From the sequence record SRR31156797_9682: a stretch of 62,086 nt of DNA; one strand, written 5' to 3'. Under the pieces are notes generated by a model that was given only the letters and a program-made list of their open reading frames with translations, was not told the origin of the DNA and did not search any database. Below are positions 29,834-40,379 of the stretch, in pieces. The position numbers were made by a program, and so were the translations under genes. Numbering within the stretch: the stretch's first letter is position 1; the number at the start of each line of letters is the position of its first letter.

Positions 29834-31189
29834 ATGCCTGTTTATACCCGTGAAACATTACCCAAACTCCTTGAACAGACCGTCAGTAATGCAGCCCAAG
29901 TCTATCTTATTTTTGGAGAACGATATTTATGCCAGGACGCTGTGGAAAAAATAGAGAAACAACTCCTCCATATCCCAGGAACAATCCATCCCGTTGACGG
30001 CGAGCGTGAGGACACAGCTACCCTAGTGTACAAACTTCGCAGTTTTAGCCTTCTTCCCGGTCGCCAAATCTTTAAAGTTACTGACACTCGGCTCTTTTTT
30101 TCAAAAACAGTGGCCCAAAATATCTGGAAAAAAACCGTACAGGCCCATGAAGCCAATAAACCAGAACAAACAATACGATCGCTTCGCGCTTTTCTCAGCG
30201 CTGGAGGCATAAAGCCGGATAAGGGCGAAAATGATCTCAACCAACTATCACCGCAACAATGGAAGCACGCTTTCGGCTTCTCTAAACCTGACGGAGATCT
30301 TTCATGGACTGTTGACCCCCTGTTGGCAATCCGGTCTCAGCCTGACAAGCAGGTCAAAGGCACTGCCAACTCATCTGAATTGCTCACAGAATGTCTTGAG
30401 GAAAACATCCCTGCAAACAACATCCTGATCTTAATCGCCGAAGAGGTTGATAAACGGAAAAAACTTTTCAAATATTTCAAAGAACACCATGTCGTGATCG
30501 ACCTCGGTGTTGAAGCAGGTTCCTCTGCCAAGGCACAGAAACAGCAAAAAAGCGTACTGCTAGCACTCATCCAGCAGACACTGACAGAAATGGATAAAAC
30601 CATTGTGCCAGCTGTCGCTGATCGATTGATAGAAAGAGTCGGCTTCCACCCGGTAGCAGTGGTCATGGAACTGAGAAAAGTTATGCTTTATATAGGGAAA
30701 CGTCAAAAAATAACCCAGGAGGACCTTGATGCGGTGGTGGGCAGGACCCGCCAGGAAGCTCTTTTTGAATTGACAACCGCATTGACGGCCAAAAACCTCA
30801 GGCAAGTTCTTCTTATCGCAGACAGGCTCCAGGCCAACGGGCTCCATCCCCTTGCCCTTATTGCAGCCCTGCGCAATACAATTCGCTCAATTTTATTGTT
30901 CCGCTCCCTTCTGGAACAATCCCGCTTCGGCTATACTCCTTCCATGTCTGCCAGCAATTTTCAAAATCAGTGCCTCCCGCTGCTAAAAGAACACTCCACC
31001 TGGAAAAAAGAACTTAGCGGCCACCCGTATGCAATCTACATGCAATTCAAGACAGCAGCTAACCACCCCTTGTCTCAGCTGCAGCACTGGCTGCACCTCT
31101 TGCTGCAAACAGAAATGCGGCTCAAAGGTTCACCTTTGGCTCCACAAATAATTCTCCAGCACCTTTTCCTCTCCATGCTTGCCAAGTAG
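29834..31189 (+). CDS. holA: DNA polymerase III subunit delta
   Basis: VYLIFGERYL, SFSLLPGRQI, VDKRKKLFKY, ELRKVMLYIG..KITQEDLDAVV, LFELTTAL; carries an internal insertion relative to short HolA. Confidence 0.85.
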   Translation: MPVYTRETLPKLLEQTVSNAAQVYLIFGERYLCQDAVEKIEKQLLHIPGTIHPVDGEREDTATLVYKLRSFSLLPGRQIFKVTDTRLFFSKTVAQNIWKKTVQAHEANKPEQTIRSLRAFLSAGGIKPDKGENDLNQLSPQQWKHAFGFSKPDGDLSWTVDPLLAIRSQPDKQVKGTANSSELLTECLEENIPANNILILIAEEVDKRKKLFKYFKEHHVVIDLGVEAGSSAKAQKQQKSVLLALIQQTLTEMDKTIVPAVADRLIERVGFHPVAVVMELRKVMLYIGKRQKITQEDLDAVVGRTRQEALFELTTALTAKNLRQVLLIADRLQANGLHPLALIAALRNTIRSILLFRSLLEQSRFGYTPSMSASNFQNQCLPLLKEHSTWKKELSGHPYAIYMQFKTAANHPLSQLQHWLHLLLQTEMRLKGSPLAPQIILQHLFLSMLAK

Positions 31190-31378
31190 TCGTAACAATG
31201 CCCCAATAATGAAAGGAAACTTGAAAATTCAGAGGGGAGCATTACAATACAAGTAGTATAGGTGATAAAAGTTAACCTCACTTTTATTTCTACTCGTTCA
31301 ACAAAAACTAACGCTGCATGATCGACTTTAGAAACGGTTTACAGCATACACAAATATCAGAATAAGAAACTGTTCATA

Positions 31379-31696
31379 ATGACCAAGGAACAATCTAACC
31401 TTCAGGGTGATATTCTCGCAGAAGACCAGAATAAACTGCAGGAGCCGCCACTTTTTAAAGTTCTGCTCCATAATGACGACTATACCACCATGGACTTTGT
31501 GGTGATGATTCTTGAAACAATTTTTAACAAAGACAGCACCGAGGCTACAAAAATCATGCTTGATGTACATCACCAGGGAATGGGCGTTGCGGGTGTTTAC
31601 ACCCGTGAGATAGGGGAAACAAAAATATCCCAGGTGCATCGTTTGGCCCAAAAAAGTCAATTCCCGTTGAAATGTTCTCTTGAAAAAGACTGTTAA
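31379..31696 (+). CDS. clpS: ATP-dependent Clp protease adaptor ClpS
   Basis: PPLFKVLLHNDDYTTMDFVV...IMLDVHHQG...FPLKCSLE. Confidence 0.96.
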   Translation: MTKEQSNLQGDILAEDQNKLQEPPLFKVLLHNDDYTTMDFVVMILETIFNKDSTEATKIMLDVHHQGMGVAGVYTREIGETKISQVHRLAQKSQFPLKCSLEKDC

Positions 31697-31767
31697 TACC
31701 ACAGAGGATACCGGACCTTTCTTAGAAAAAAGATTTTGCGTTCAGTCTCTGTATAAGGATAAAGACT

Positions 31768-34035
31768 ATGCTGAGTAAACAATTGGAACTGGCACTGATA
31801 AAGGCCATCAAAGAGGCAAGAAGCCAACAACATGAATATGTTACCGTGGAGCACATGCTTTACGGGCTGCTCCATGACGAACTGGCCCGACACATAATTG
31901 ACAAGTGCGGTGGCAATAATACCAACATCAAAGAAAGGCTCGAGCAATTCTTTACCAGTGGTATGCCGGTATTAAAAGATAACGAAAGCGAACCCTCACA
32001 AACTGTTGCATTTAACAGGGTCTTGCAGAGGGCTGTCAGTCATGTGCAGAGTTGCGGTAAAAAACAGGTCGACACTGGTGACGTCCTTGTTTCCATCCTT
32101 ACTGAGCCTGACTCCCATGCCGTTTATTTTCTCGGTTCAGAAGGAGTTGGTCGTTTGGAAGTGGTTGAATATATTTCTCACGGCCTCCCAGACGGCCTGC
32201 AGAGTGAACCACTTAAACAGCCCCCGCCAAACCCCAACAAAAAGAAACAACAAAAAACCTCTGACAACGCTCTCGAGGAATTTACAGTCAATTATACCCA
32301 AAGAGCAGCTGAAGGAAATATAGATCCTCTGATTGGCAGAGACAGTGAGCTGCACAGGATGATGCAGGTACTCTGTCGCCGAAAAAAGAACAACCCCTTA
32401 CTGGTGGGTGAACCAGGAGTTGGTAAAACAGCAATGGCAGAAGGACTTGCGCTTAGAATTTACGAAGACGGAGTCGCACGCCAGTCAGAGTCCCCTGACG
32501 AGGATAAACTAGTACCAGACCTGCTCCAGGACACAGAAATCTACATGCTGGATCTAGGTACCCTGGTTGCAGGGACCAAGTATCGAGGTGACTTTGAAAA
32601 ACGTCTTAAAGAAGTGGTTGCCGCCATCGAGAAAAAAGACAATGCAATCCTTTTTATCGACGAAATGCACACCATTGTTGGTGCAGGTGCCACCAGTGGC
32701 GGTTCAATGGATGCCTCCAATCTCCTTAAGCCTGCATTGCAGGCTGGTACAATCCGCTGCATAGGCTCCACAACCTATGAAGAATTTAAAAATCATATCG
32801 AAAAAGACAGGGCGTTATCCCGCAGATTTCAAAAAATAGATGTTGAAGAGCCTTCTGTGGACGACACCTGCAATATCTTAAAAGGATTGCAGCCTCGCTA
32901 CGAAGAACATCACAATGTCCGTTATTCCAAAAATGCCATTGTCTCAACTGCTGAACTGGCTAACAGGTATATCAATGATCGTTTCCTTCCGGACAAGGCC
33001 ATTGATATTATGGACGAAGTCGGTGCCTCTTTTCGGTTAATGGGGAAGACCGGCAAGACAGTGGGTGTTAAAGACATAGAGCGTATCGTGTCCAAAATGG
33101 CCAGGGTGCCTGTTTCCAGCAAGGTGAGTGATGATACAAAAGACCTTCGTCACTTAAACAGCAAGTTGAAATCAGCCATCTTTGGCCAGGACAAAGCACT
33201 TGAAGCTGTTGTCATGGCAGTGAAGCGCTCCCGAGCCGGGCTTGGCAATCCATTGGCACCCACAGGATCATTCCTTTTTGCCGGCCCGACCGGAGTCGGT
33301 AAGACAGAGGTTGCCAGGCAGCTTGCAGCAGGTCTTTCCATCCACTTTGAGCGTTTTGACATGAGTGAATATATGGAAAAGCATGCGGTGGCAAGGCTCA
33401 TTGGTGCTCCTCCTGGTTATGTGGGATTCGATCAGGGAGGCCTACTGACCGATGCCATTCGCAAACACCCCTATTCAGTACTGCTGCTCGATGAAATCGA
33501 AAAGGCGCATCCAGATGTCTTTTCCGTTCTCCTCCAGGTCATGGATCACTCCACCCTCACTGATAACGCAGGACGGCGAGCAGATTTCCGCAACGTCATT
33601 ATCATAATGACGACCAATGCCGGTGCCAGAGAAATGAGTGAACAGACAATCGGTTTTATTGGAGACTCTAAAGGAAAAGAGCAAAAAGCCATTAAAAAGC
33701 TATTTGCCCCTGAATTTCGCAACCGTCTAGATGCAACCATTAGCTTTTCCACCCTTGGCATAGATACAGTGGAAAAAATTGTCGACAAAATGACGCTTGA
33801 GCTGCAAGCCCAACTATCTGAAAAAAACATCGCAATTTCCTTAACTCCCAGTGCACGACGCTGGATTGCCAGTGAAGGCTATGAACCGGCCTACGGAGCT
33901 CGCCCTCTACGGCGGCTGATCATGAAAGAAATCGGCGACACCCTGACCGATGAGATTCTTTTCGGTGCCCTCAAAAAAGGCGGCAGCGTCAAAATAGGCC
34001 GCAAAAACAACAAAATGACGTTCCGTTATTACTAA
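31768..34035 (+). CDS. clpA: ATP-dependent Clp protease ATP-binding subunit ClpA
   Basis: Two AAA modules ([16 protein letters not shown]), IGF loop, 755 aa with no M-domain, directly after clpS. Confidence 0.96.
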   Translation: MLSKQLELALIKAIKEARSQQHEYVTVEHMLYGLLHDELARHIIDKCGGNNTNIKERLEQFFTSGMPVLKDNESEPSQTVAFNRVLQRAVSHVQSCGKKQVDTGDVLVSILTEPDSHAVYFLGSEGVGRLEVVEYISHGLPDGLQSEPLKQPPPNPNKKKQQKTSDNALEEFTVNYTQRAAEGNIDPLIGRDSELHRMMQVLCRRKKNNPLLVGEPGVGKTAMAEGLALRIYEDGVARQSESPDEDKLVPDLLQDTEIYMLDLGTLVAGTKYRGDFEKRLKEVVAAIEKKDNAILFIDEMHTIVGAGATSGGSMDASNLLKPALQAGTIRCIGSTTYEEFKNHIEKDRALSRRFQKIDVEEPSVDDTCNILKGLQPRYEEHHNVRYSKNAIVSTAELANRYINDRFLPDKAIDIMDEVGASFRLMGKTGKTVGVKDIERIVSKMARVPVSSKVSDDTKDLRHLNSKLKSAIFGQDKALEAVVMAVKRSRAGLGNPLAPTGSFLFAGPTGVGKTEVARQLAAGLSIHFERFDMSEYMEKHAVARLIGAPPGYVGFDQGGLLTDAIRKHPYSVLLLDEIEKAHPDVFSVLLQVMDHSTLTDNAGRRADFRNVIIIMTTNAGAREMSEQTIGFIGDSKGKEQKAIKKLFAPEFRNRLDATISFSTLGIDTVEKIVDKMTLELQAQLSEKNIAISLTPSARRWIASEGYEPAYGARPLRRLIMKEIGDTLTDEILFGALKKGGSVKIGRKNNKMTFRYY

Positions 34036-34044
34036 CTCCTACAT

Positions 34045-34090
34045 GTACCACCGGAAGCATCATCTGCATCCGGTGGTACCCCTTCCTTCC
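34045..34090 (+). terminator. hairpin terminator after clpA
   Basis: gtaccaccgga / tccggtggtac perfect 11-bp stem followed by a pyrimidine tract. Confidence 0.6.
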
Positions 34091-34140
34091 GTGTCACCCT
34101 GCCCTTAGTACAATTTTTTATACTTTCATTGGCTATCACA

Positions 34141-34169
34141 TTGACTTTCTTTTATTATAACGATACTAT
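34141..34169 (+). promoter_or_regulatory. putative sigma70 promoter of the DUF3373 porin gene
   Basis: TTGACT-17 nt-TACTAT, about 90 nt upstream of the ATG. Confidence 0.5.
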
Positions 34170-34257
34170 CGGTTCTAAATTGTAGGTATTGTTCTGCAAA
34201 TGCATAGTATAGATATGCTTTCAGAAATTTACGGGAAGGAAGAAAGGAGGAGGAAAG

Positions 34258-35850
34258 ATGGTTAAAAAAATGTCCATGCTTGCTTTGGCGGGTTTGCTGG
34301 CTTTACCAGCAACAACCTTTGCAGGTGCAGGCGCGACACCTCAAGACCTGGAAGGCAAGATCGAAGAACTTGCCAGACAGCTTGATGCCTTGAAAGCCCA
34401 GTTGGCAGAACAAAGTGAGGCAATGACCGAATACGGTGATAAAGTAGATGACATGGATGATCTGCTGGAGGAGAAATCAGAGTCCTGGGACCTGGCGGCT
34501 CGCTTCACCTTTTACGGCGACTTCCGTGCCCGTGGCGATTTTTACAGTGCCAGCAACCTGTTTGCAGCTGGCACACCTTTGGGGATGACCGGGATAGTAA
34601 ACGGACAACCCACTTATGCCACCCAGGCCATGGGAGATCAAAAAAACGACACCATCCTTACCAATCGCTTCCGCCTCAACATGCGGGTTAAAGCGACCGA
34701 AAATGTGGAGTTCAAAGGACGCCTCGCCATGTATAAGGCGTGGGGCATGCAGTCAACCCCAGATAACCTCGCCGGCGGCTTCCCCATTTTTGACGGGAAT
34801 GTTACCCGTACGCCCAATGACAGCGCACTTTATGTAGACCGTGCATTTGTCAACTGGAACAACATCGGCGGCCTGCCAATGTGGTTCTCCATTGGTCGAC
34901 GCCCTACTACCGATGGTCCCCCCGCGCATTTACGCATGGGTAACGATACCAGAATGGCCACCCCCAGTGCCTATTTCGATTACCCCTTTGATGGGCTTAC
35001 CCTCGGTTACGCATGGGACTGGAACGCTGAAGCCATGGGAACCAGCCGATTACGCTTCTGTTACGGTCGGGGATTTGAAAACGGCCTCCAATATGATCAA
35101 GATACCAACCCTTACCCACTTGACGACACCGATTTCGGTGGTTTCAGCTGGGATGTCATGAAGCAGGGATCCAGATTCCTCAACCTGCAGTTCTTCGGCA
35201 TATACAACCTGTTCAATTATCCCAATTTTCAAAGTGATCTTGTTCGAATGGGAGCGAGCATGCCGCAAGACCAAGGCGGGTTTGGTGACCAGAAAGATCT
35301 TGGCCAGATGTACCATACCACAGGTATATTCATGGACAAGATTAACAGCTTCAATTACTTCCTCGCCGGAGGATGGAGCCATACCGATCCCAATGGTAAC
35401 GGCATGTTCAATGACTATTATGGTATGAGCATGGGGCAAAACGGAAACAACACTGATTCGGAAGACGGATACTCTGTGTATGCCGGTATCCGCTATGACT
35501 TTGAAGATCTCGGTCTCAAACTTGGTGCTGAGTATAACTATGGATCGCAATACTGGGTAGCCTTCACTCCTGGCCATGATGAACTATACATGTCCAAGCT
35601 AGCCACACGTGGTAATGCCTATGAGTTGTACATGATTTACGACTTGCCCACCGGCGAAGCCATTTCTAAATATGCCAAGACCTTCATCCGGCTCGGCTGG
35701 CAGTATTATGATTACAACTACTCAGGCGGATTTGACTGGAATGCTAAACCCTATGACCTGGACGACGACCAGGCTGCCCTGCAGGCACTTGGACTCAACC
35801 CTGTGGAAAGTGCGCAGCAGGTATATCTTACCTTTGAGGCTTATTTCTAG
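34258..35850 (+). CDS. DUF3373-family outer-membrane beta-barrel protein (putative porin)
   Basis: Signal peptide, N-terminal coiled coil, TNRFRLNM, FKGRLAMYKAWG, SIGRRPTTDGPP, GAEYNYGSQYW, KLATRG, terminal Phe. Confidence 0.85.
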   Translation: MVKKMSMLALAGLLALPATTFAGAGATPQDLEGKIEELARQLDALKAQLAEQSEAMTEYGDKVDDMDDLLEEKSESWDLAARFTFYGDFRARGDFYSASNLFAAGTPLGMTGIVNGQPTYATQAMGDQKNDTILTNRFRLNMRVKATENVEFKGRLAMYKAWGMQSTPDNLAGGFPIFDGNVTRTPNDSALYVDRAFVNWNNIGGLPMWFSIGRRPTTDGPPAHLRMGNDTRMATPSAYFDYPFDGLTLGYAWDWNAEAMGTSRLRFCYGRGFENGLQYDQDTNPYPLDDTDFGGFSWDVMKQGSRFLNLQFFGIYNLFNYPNFQSDLVRMGASMPQDQGGFGDQKDLGQMYHTTGIFMDKINSFNYFLAGGWSHTDPNGNGMFNDYYGMSMGQNGNNTDSEDGYSVYAGIRYDFEDLGLKLGAEYNYGSQYWVAFTPGHDELYMSKLATRGNAYELYMIYDLPTGEAISKYAKTFIRLGWQYYDYNYSGGFDWNAKPYDLDDDQAALQALGLNPVESAQQVYLTFEAYF

Positions 35851-35882
35851 CACCTTGCTTGCAGCATAAATTTTTCAAATAC

Positions 35883-35913
35883 GGGAAAGCCTGTAACAGG
35901 CTTTCCCTTTTTT
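35883..35913 (+). terminator. rho-independent terminator
   Basis: gggaaagcctg-taa-caggctttccc followed by T6. Confidence 0.9.
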
Positions 35914-35928
35914 ATTATACAACCAGCC

Positions 35929-36687
35929 GTGATTACACACCATCCAGGACTCACTTATTACACAAGCAGCAATCTACAGGTTCCCCACGGTATGTTTTGC
36001 CGAGATGGAGGAGTCAGCACCCCACCCTTTGCATCGCTCAACCTTAGCCATTATGTTGGCGACAAACCAGACGCGGTAATCGCAAACCGTACCATTGTTC
36101 GTCAGTGCCTCCAAACAAGGCACCTCTGCTCAGCTCATCAGACCCACTCCGATCGAATCGCAGTCGTCCGCTCAAAACAACATCAAAACGAGATTGAAGG
36201 AGTTGACGCCTTAATCACAAACCTTCGCGGAATGAGCCTGCTCATCCAACAGGCAGACTGTCAGGCGATTCTTCTTTACGCCCCGCAGCAAGAGGCTATC
36301 GCTGCCATCCACTGCGGTTGGAAGGGAAGTGTCAACAATATCATTACTAAAACCGTGGCACAAATGGAGAAGGAATATTCAGTCTCTCTCCATAATGTAC
36401 GTGCCGTTATCAGCCCTTCCCTTGGTCCATGCTGTGCTGAATTTCAGCACTACCGCAAGGAGCTTCCAACGTGGATGCACTCTTACCAGGTACGCAGGAA
36501 CTATTTTGATTTTTGGGCAATAAGCAGATACCAACTCAGACAAACCGGAATTAGGGACAGCAACATTGAGACAACTGGAATTTGCACTAAGTGCAATGAA
36601 CGTTTTTTTTCCTATAGAAGAAGTACAGCTATGGGGGAGAAGTCTACCGGTCGCAATGGTTCCGTCATCAGTCTTCCAGCGAACTGA
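35929..36687 (+). CDS. pgeF: PgeF/YfiH-family (laccase-domain) purine nucleoside phosphorylase
   Basis: GGVSTPPFASLNL, QTHS, ADCQAIL, HCGWKG, PSLGPCC and FFSYRR motifs. Confidence 0.9.
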   Translation: MITHHPGLTYYTSSNLQVPHGMFCRDGGVSTPPFASLNLSHYVGDKPDAVIANRTIVRQCLQTRHLCSAHQTHSDRIAVVRSKQHQNEIEGVDALITNLRGMSLLIQQADCQAILLYAPQQEAIAAIHCGWKGSVNNIITKTVAQMEKEYSVSLHNVRAVISPSLGPCCAEFQHYRKELPTWMHSYQVRRNYFDFWAISRYQLRQTGIRDSNIETTGICTKCNERFFSYRRSTAMGEKSTGRNGSVISLPAN

Positions 36688-36707
36688 GCACCATTGGTGC
36701 CGAAAAA

Positions 36708-37481
36708 CTATGAAAACTCAAAATCACAAATTAATGGTGCGTGGTCAGAAAAGGTGACCGAAGGAATCTGAAAATTGACAACCTGCAGCTCAGGGCTGTG
36801 AAGGATGAAATCAAGCTCCATCTTAGGTGAACGGCTGGGGAAGGAGGGAAGCTTTTCCGGATTAGCACTCACCAGGCCGGTGGCACCAAGAAAAAGGTCT
36901 AGCTCTCGCTTGCCCCACAGGACATTAAAATCACCAGCTAAAATCACAGGCCGATCCACTTCTCTGATGAGCCGATACAACCTCTCCAGCTGGTATTGTC
37001 GATTCCGAAATGTCAGTGACAAGTGAACAAGAAAAACGGTAACCCTTTCCATGCACGCCTGGATTATGAGCCGTTTAACACCTTCCTCAAAATAGTGAAA
37101 GCGATGGCTGATTATTTCGTCATGAGCCAAAATAGCATTGCCCTGCGTTCTTAACAGAGGCACCCGTTTCGCCACTGAACCATAGGCATACTTTGTTTCA
37201 ATAACATGATACAACTCCAGTTGATCTGCTATTTTTTGTGCCTGACACTGCTGCTCAGTTCGAAACGATCCTCCGTCCACCTCTACCAGCCCCATGACAT
37301 CAGGCTGCACACTTTTAATAAAAGAAACGATTTTTGCCAGTTGGCTTCCAGAACGCTTCAGATACCCGGCATAAGGAAACGGAAGATGAAAACGGGTACC
37401 GTTTCCAGCCGCATAGCGAATATTATAGAGAAGAAATCGCACTGCCCGCTCATCTTTCGGGGTTACAATCGTCTTAGCCAC
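36708..37481 (-). CDS. endonuclease/exonuclease/phosphatase-family protein
   Basis: YNI, PDVMGLVEVD, VHLS, ILAGDFN, LDFIL and SDHAPL motifs. Confidence 0.9.
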   Translation of the reverse strand: MAKTIVTPKDERAVRFLLYNIRYAAGNGTRFHLPFPYAGYLKRSGSQLAKIVSFIKSVQPDVMGLVEVDGGSFRTEQQCQAQKIADQLELYHVIETKYAYGSVAKRVPLLRTQGNAILAHDEIISHRFHYFEEGVKRLIIQACMERVTVFLVHLSLTFRNRQYQLERLYRLIREVDRPVILAGDFNVLWGKRELDLFLGATGLVSANPEKLPSFPSRSPKMELDFILHSPELQVVNFQIPSVTFSDHAPLICDFEFS

Positions 37482-38853
37482 GATTCCTCAGCCCAAAGAC
37501 GCCTTGCTTTTTACTGCTAAATGCGGGGTTGACTCCTCGCCTGCCGGGCTTCCTGCTCCTTTTCTCGTTTTCAGGCGTCACAACAACAGGTTCCTGCTGA
37601 CGCTGCTCACGAAAAAAGGATTGCGGATCGACCTTCCCCATCTCTAAAGATTCGCTGTAAATCGCATAAAAACGAGTACAGTCATGATAATAGCTCTTTC
37701 GCTTCAACCATTTGGGCATTTTGCCCCCGTTTGCCAGCTGATGGAAAGTCGGCAGGTTGACCAGCAAAATGGCCAGAGCATCCTTTGCCATCCGCTTAAT
37801 ATTGAACTGTTCTCCTATATAAGAATCAAGATCAGCACGGATCTTCCTGTTTAATAGATGGTAGCCTTTACCACGCAGCTGGACTTCAAGGAGATTAAAA
37901 CGACGAATTGCCCAAGGAAGGAGTAAAGCTGCAAACAACATGTATTCTGGAATCACAATTTGCCTTTCTTCTGTACCCAAACCATGCAGCCTGTCCAACA
38001 CTTTTAAAAGACTGTAGAGTTCATTTACTATATCCTGCCGCTGCTGACTTTCGAGACACGGCTTATATAATGGAAAAAGTATTTCCCAGATGTTGTTTTC
38101 GATACAAAGTTGTGCCCATTTTTGGCTAGCCCCAGACTGCAGGTCCTTCAAAATTTCATCACGAACACGTGATGCAGGGCAAAGCAAAAGCTTATCAGCA
38201 TGCACCCCTATGGCATCTCGAGTAGGAGAATCTATCACAAAACCCTTTCTGGCAGCATGTCGGATTGCCCGCATTATACGTACAGGATCACGCGTAAATC
38301 GACGATGGGGATCGCCAACCATACGCACCACGCCGGTATTCAGATCATTAACACCACCAATGTAGTCAATAATCGAATTGGTCTCAATTTCGTAAAACAG
38401 AGCATTGATGGTAAGATCCCTGCGAAAAGCATCCTCTTCCAGAGTACCAAAAGTATTGTTATGGGGCAGGACCTGCTGGGGACCATTGAGGTCATGTTCA
38501 CTTTGGGACCGTAGGGTGGAGACCTCTATAATCTTGTTGCCGCGAAAAAAAACCTGAACTAACCGAAAACGCCTGCCAATTGTTCGACTGTTACGAAAGA
38601 GTTTACGGAGCTGGCCAGGACGCGCGTCAGTCGAAATATCAAAATCCTTAGGACTCTCCCCAAGGTAGAGATCGCGCACCCCGCCGCCGACAAGATACCC
38701 TTTGAAACCCGCATCACGAAGCCGGTAAAGCACTTTCAAAGCCTCAATGTCCAGCTGCGATTCACGAATAGGATGTTCAGATTCGGGGATAATCAGCGGT
38801 TCACGCCCCTGATATCCCCGGTCTAGAGCTACAATTAATGAGTCCGTGTCCAT
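37474..38853 (-). CDS. pcnB: poly(A) polymerase I
   Basis: LVGGGVRDL..PKDFDI, the PAP-specific 'IGRRFRLVQV' signature, EDAFRRDLTINAL, DPVRIMRA, basic C-terminal tail. Confidence 0.9.
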   Translation of the reverse strand: MDTDSLIVALDRGYQGREPLIIPESEHPIRESQLDIEALKVLYRLRDAGFKGYLVGGGVRDLYLGESPKDFDISTDARPGQLRKLFRNSRTIGRRFRLVQVFFRGNKIIEVSTLRSQSEHDLNGPQQVLPHNNTFGTLEEDAFRRDLTINALFYEIETNSIIDYIGGVNDLNTGVVRMVGDPHRRFTRDPVRIMRAIRHAARKGFVIDSPTRDAIGVHADKLLLCPASRVRDEILKDLQSGASQKWAQLCIENNIWEILFPLYKPCLESQQRQDIVNELYSLLKVLDRLHGLGTEERQIVIPEYMLFAALLLPWAIRRFNLLEVQLRGKGYHLLNRKIRADLDSYIGEQFNIKRMAKDALAILLVNLPTFHQLANGGKMPKWLKRKSYYHDCTRFYAIYSESLEMGKVDPQSFFREQRQQEPVVVTPENEKRSRKPGRRGVNPAFSSKKQGVFGLRNRG

Positions 38854-38886
38854 ACACTCACTACATATGATTTATACAAGGCGTTT

Positions 38887-39879
38887 TTAAGCTGCCCCGG
38901 ATTCGTTATTTTTATTATTTTCTTTATAGACAGATTCGGCAGCCGTAACAAACCGATCAAAAATTTCTCTTACAGGTAGAATCTCTTTCATTTTAAAAGT
39001 ATTCGACCCTGAAAAGACCAGACCGTTTTCAATATCACCCTCACAGGAAGCCGTCAGCCTGTCATTAATGCAATATTTGTAACTGCATTTCTTGAGGCAT
39101 TTGAACCGGCATTTCTCTACCCCGACATCACCGCCTTTTTCCATTTTCTCAATGAATGGGGTTTTCACAGCTCGACCCGTCATGCCCACAGGTGATGGCA
39201 CTAAAACGATATCATCCTCCTGGGCCTTCAAATAGGCATCTTTAAATTCCTGGGAAACCGAACATTCCTCACTGAGTACAAAGCGGGAAGCAATCTGGAT
39301 ACCATCAGCACCGTAATCGTCCATCATTTCTGCCATCTCAAAGCCGTTTGTTATACCTCCTGCAGCTATGAGCGGTACCTTGGAAACCACCTTCCGGATC
39401 TCAGGAAACATATCCCGCAGTTTTTCGTCCGTACCAAGATGCCCACCAGCCTCAGTGGCTTCAGCAATGATTGCTGCTGCGCCAAGCTTTTCGGCCAGCT
39501 TTGCAAAATTTGGAGAAGAAACGATCGACACGATGGGAATATTATATTTTTTCCCAATCTTAAAAATATCCCTGGAAAACCCGGCACCAGTAATAATCAT
39601 GTCTGCCCCGGCTTCTATGGACCCCATAACCAATTCATAAAAGTCCTTCATCGCATACATAATATTAACAGCGATTATGCCCTGCGTGGCATCTTTGGCT
39701 TTACGAATATCTTCCTTTAATTCATCGACAGGGATTGCAGATCCCCCTATAGTACCTATCCCGCCACACTCGGCAACGGGAACGGCCAGGGCGGAGGTTG
39801 AAACGCGAACTGACATTCCCCCCTGGATAATAGGTACCTTAGCTATAAATGAGCCTATTTTTAATTCTGGCAATTTCAT
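38887..39879 (-). CDS. nitronate monooxygenase-family flavoprotein (FabK/FabX-like)
   Basis: IIQGGM, TGAGF, EAGGHLG, IAAGGI, SPVGMTGRA, and C-terminal Cys cluster CRFKCLKKCSYKYCI. Confidence 0.88.
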   Translation of the reverse strand: MKLPELKIGSFIAKVPIIQGGMSVRVSTSALAVPVAECGGIGTIGGSAIPVDELKEDIRKAKDATQGIIAVNIMYAMKDFYELVMGSIEAGADMIITGAGFSRDIFKIGKKYNIPIVSIVSSPNFAKLAEKLGAAAIIAEATEAGGHLGTDEKLRDMFPEIRKVVSKVPLIAAGGITNGFEMAEMMDDYGADGIQIASRFVLSEECSVSQEFKDAYLKAQEDDIVLVPSPVGMTGRAVKTPFIEKMEKGGDVGVEKCRFKCLKKCSYKYCINDRLTASCEGDIENGLVFSGSNTFKMKEILPVREIFDRFVTAAESVYKENNKNNESGAA

Positions 39880-40379
39880 GCAAATCTCTTGAGTTAGTGT
39901 CTATCCAAAAATTAGACTTTTGGTTTGAGAGCGGGTAAAAACCTCGAATCCGAGGTATCTGAAAAATTCTATCACAGGCAGATTTCTCATACAGGAGTCT
40001 ACGCTTCCCTCCGATGACTCAATTTAAACATAATGTCACCATCGAGCCTCAATGTCATTTAAGGACGGACACGAGTTAGAGGGCTAAAAAAAATCTACAG
40101 CCGCTAAAGCTGCTGGTACTACACGCTGCACCGGCAATTTGCGGCAAAGTCTCAGCATAACAATAACCACTATCCAGCATTTGGCCTTGTAAAATTGCCC
40201 TTTCAACCACTATATTAATCTAAATGCCAAACTACCAACATAGTCTTTTTACCAGAAATGCGCCACACCGACTTGACTTTTCATCCATTTTGCAGTTAGA
40301 TTTTTGTCTTTTTTTATTAATTTTGAGTATTGTCGATGTGTATAATGCATGTTTTCTGCAGTCATAATGGAGCACCCCT

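Noticed and set aside
39900-40100. Hairpin-rich leader upstream of the NMO-family gene, considered as 6S RNA or a riboswitch
   Set aside because: Short stems exist (acctcg/cgaggt, cgatg..gtcatcg) but I could not match them to 6S, SAM, lysine, glycine or FMN consensus. An Rfam scan would be needed.
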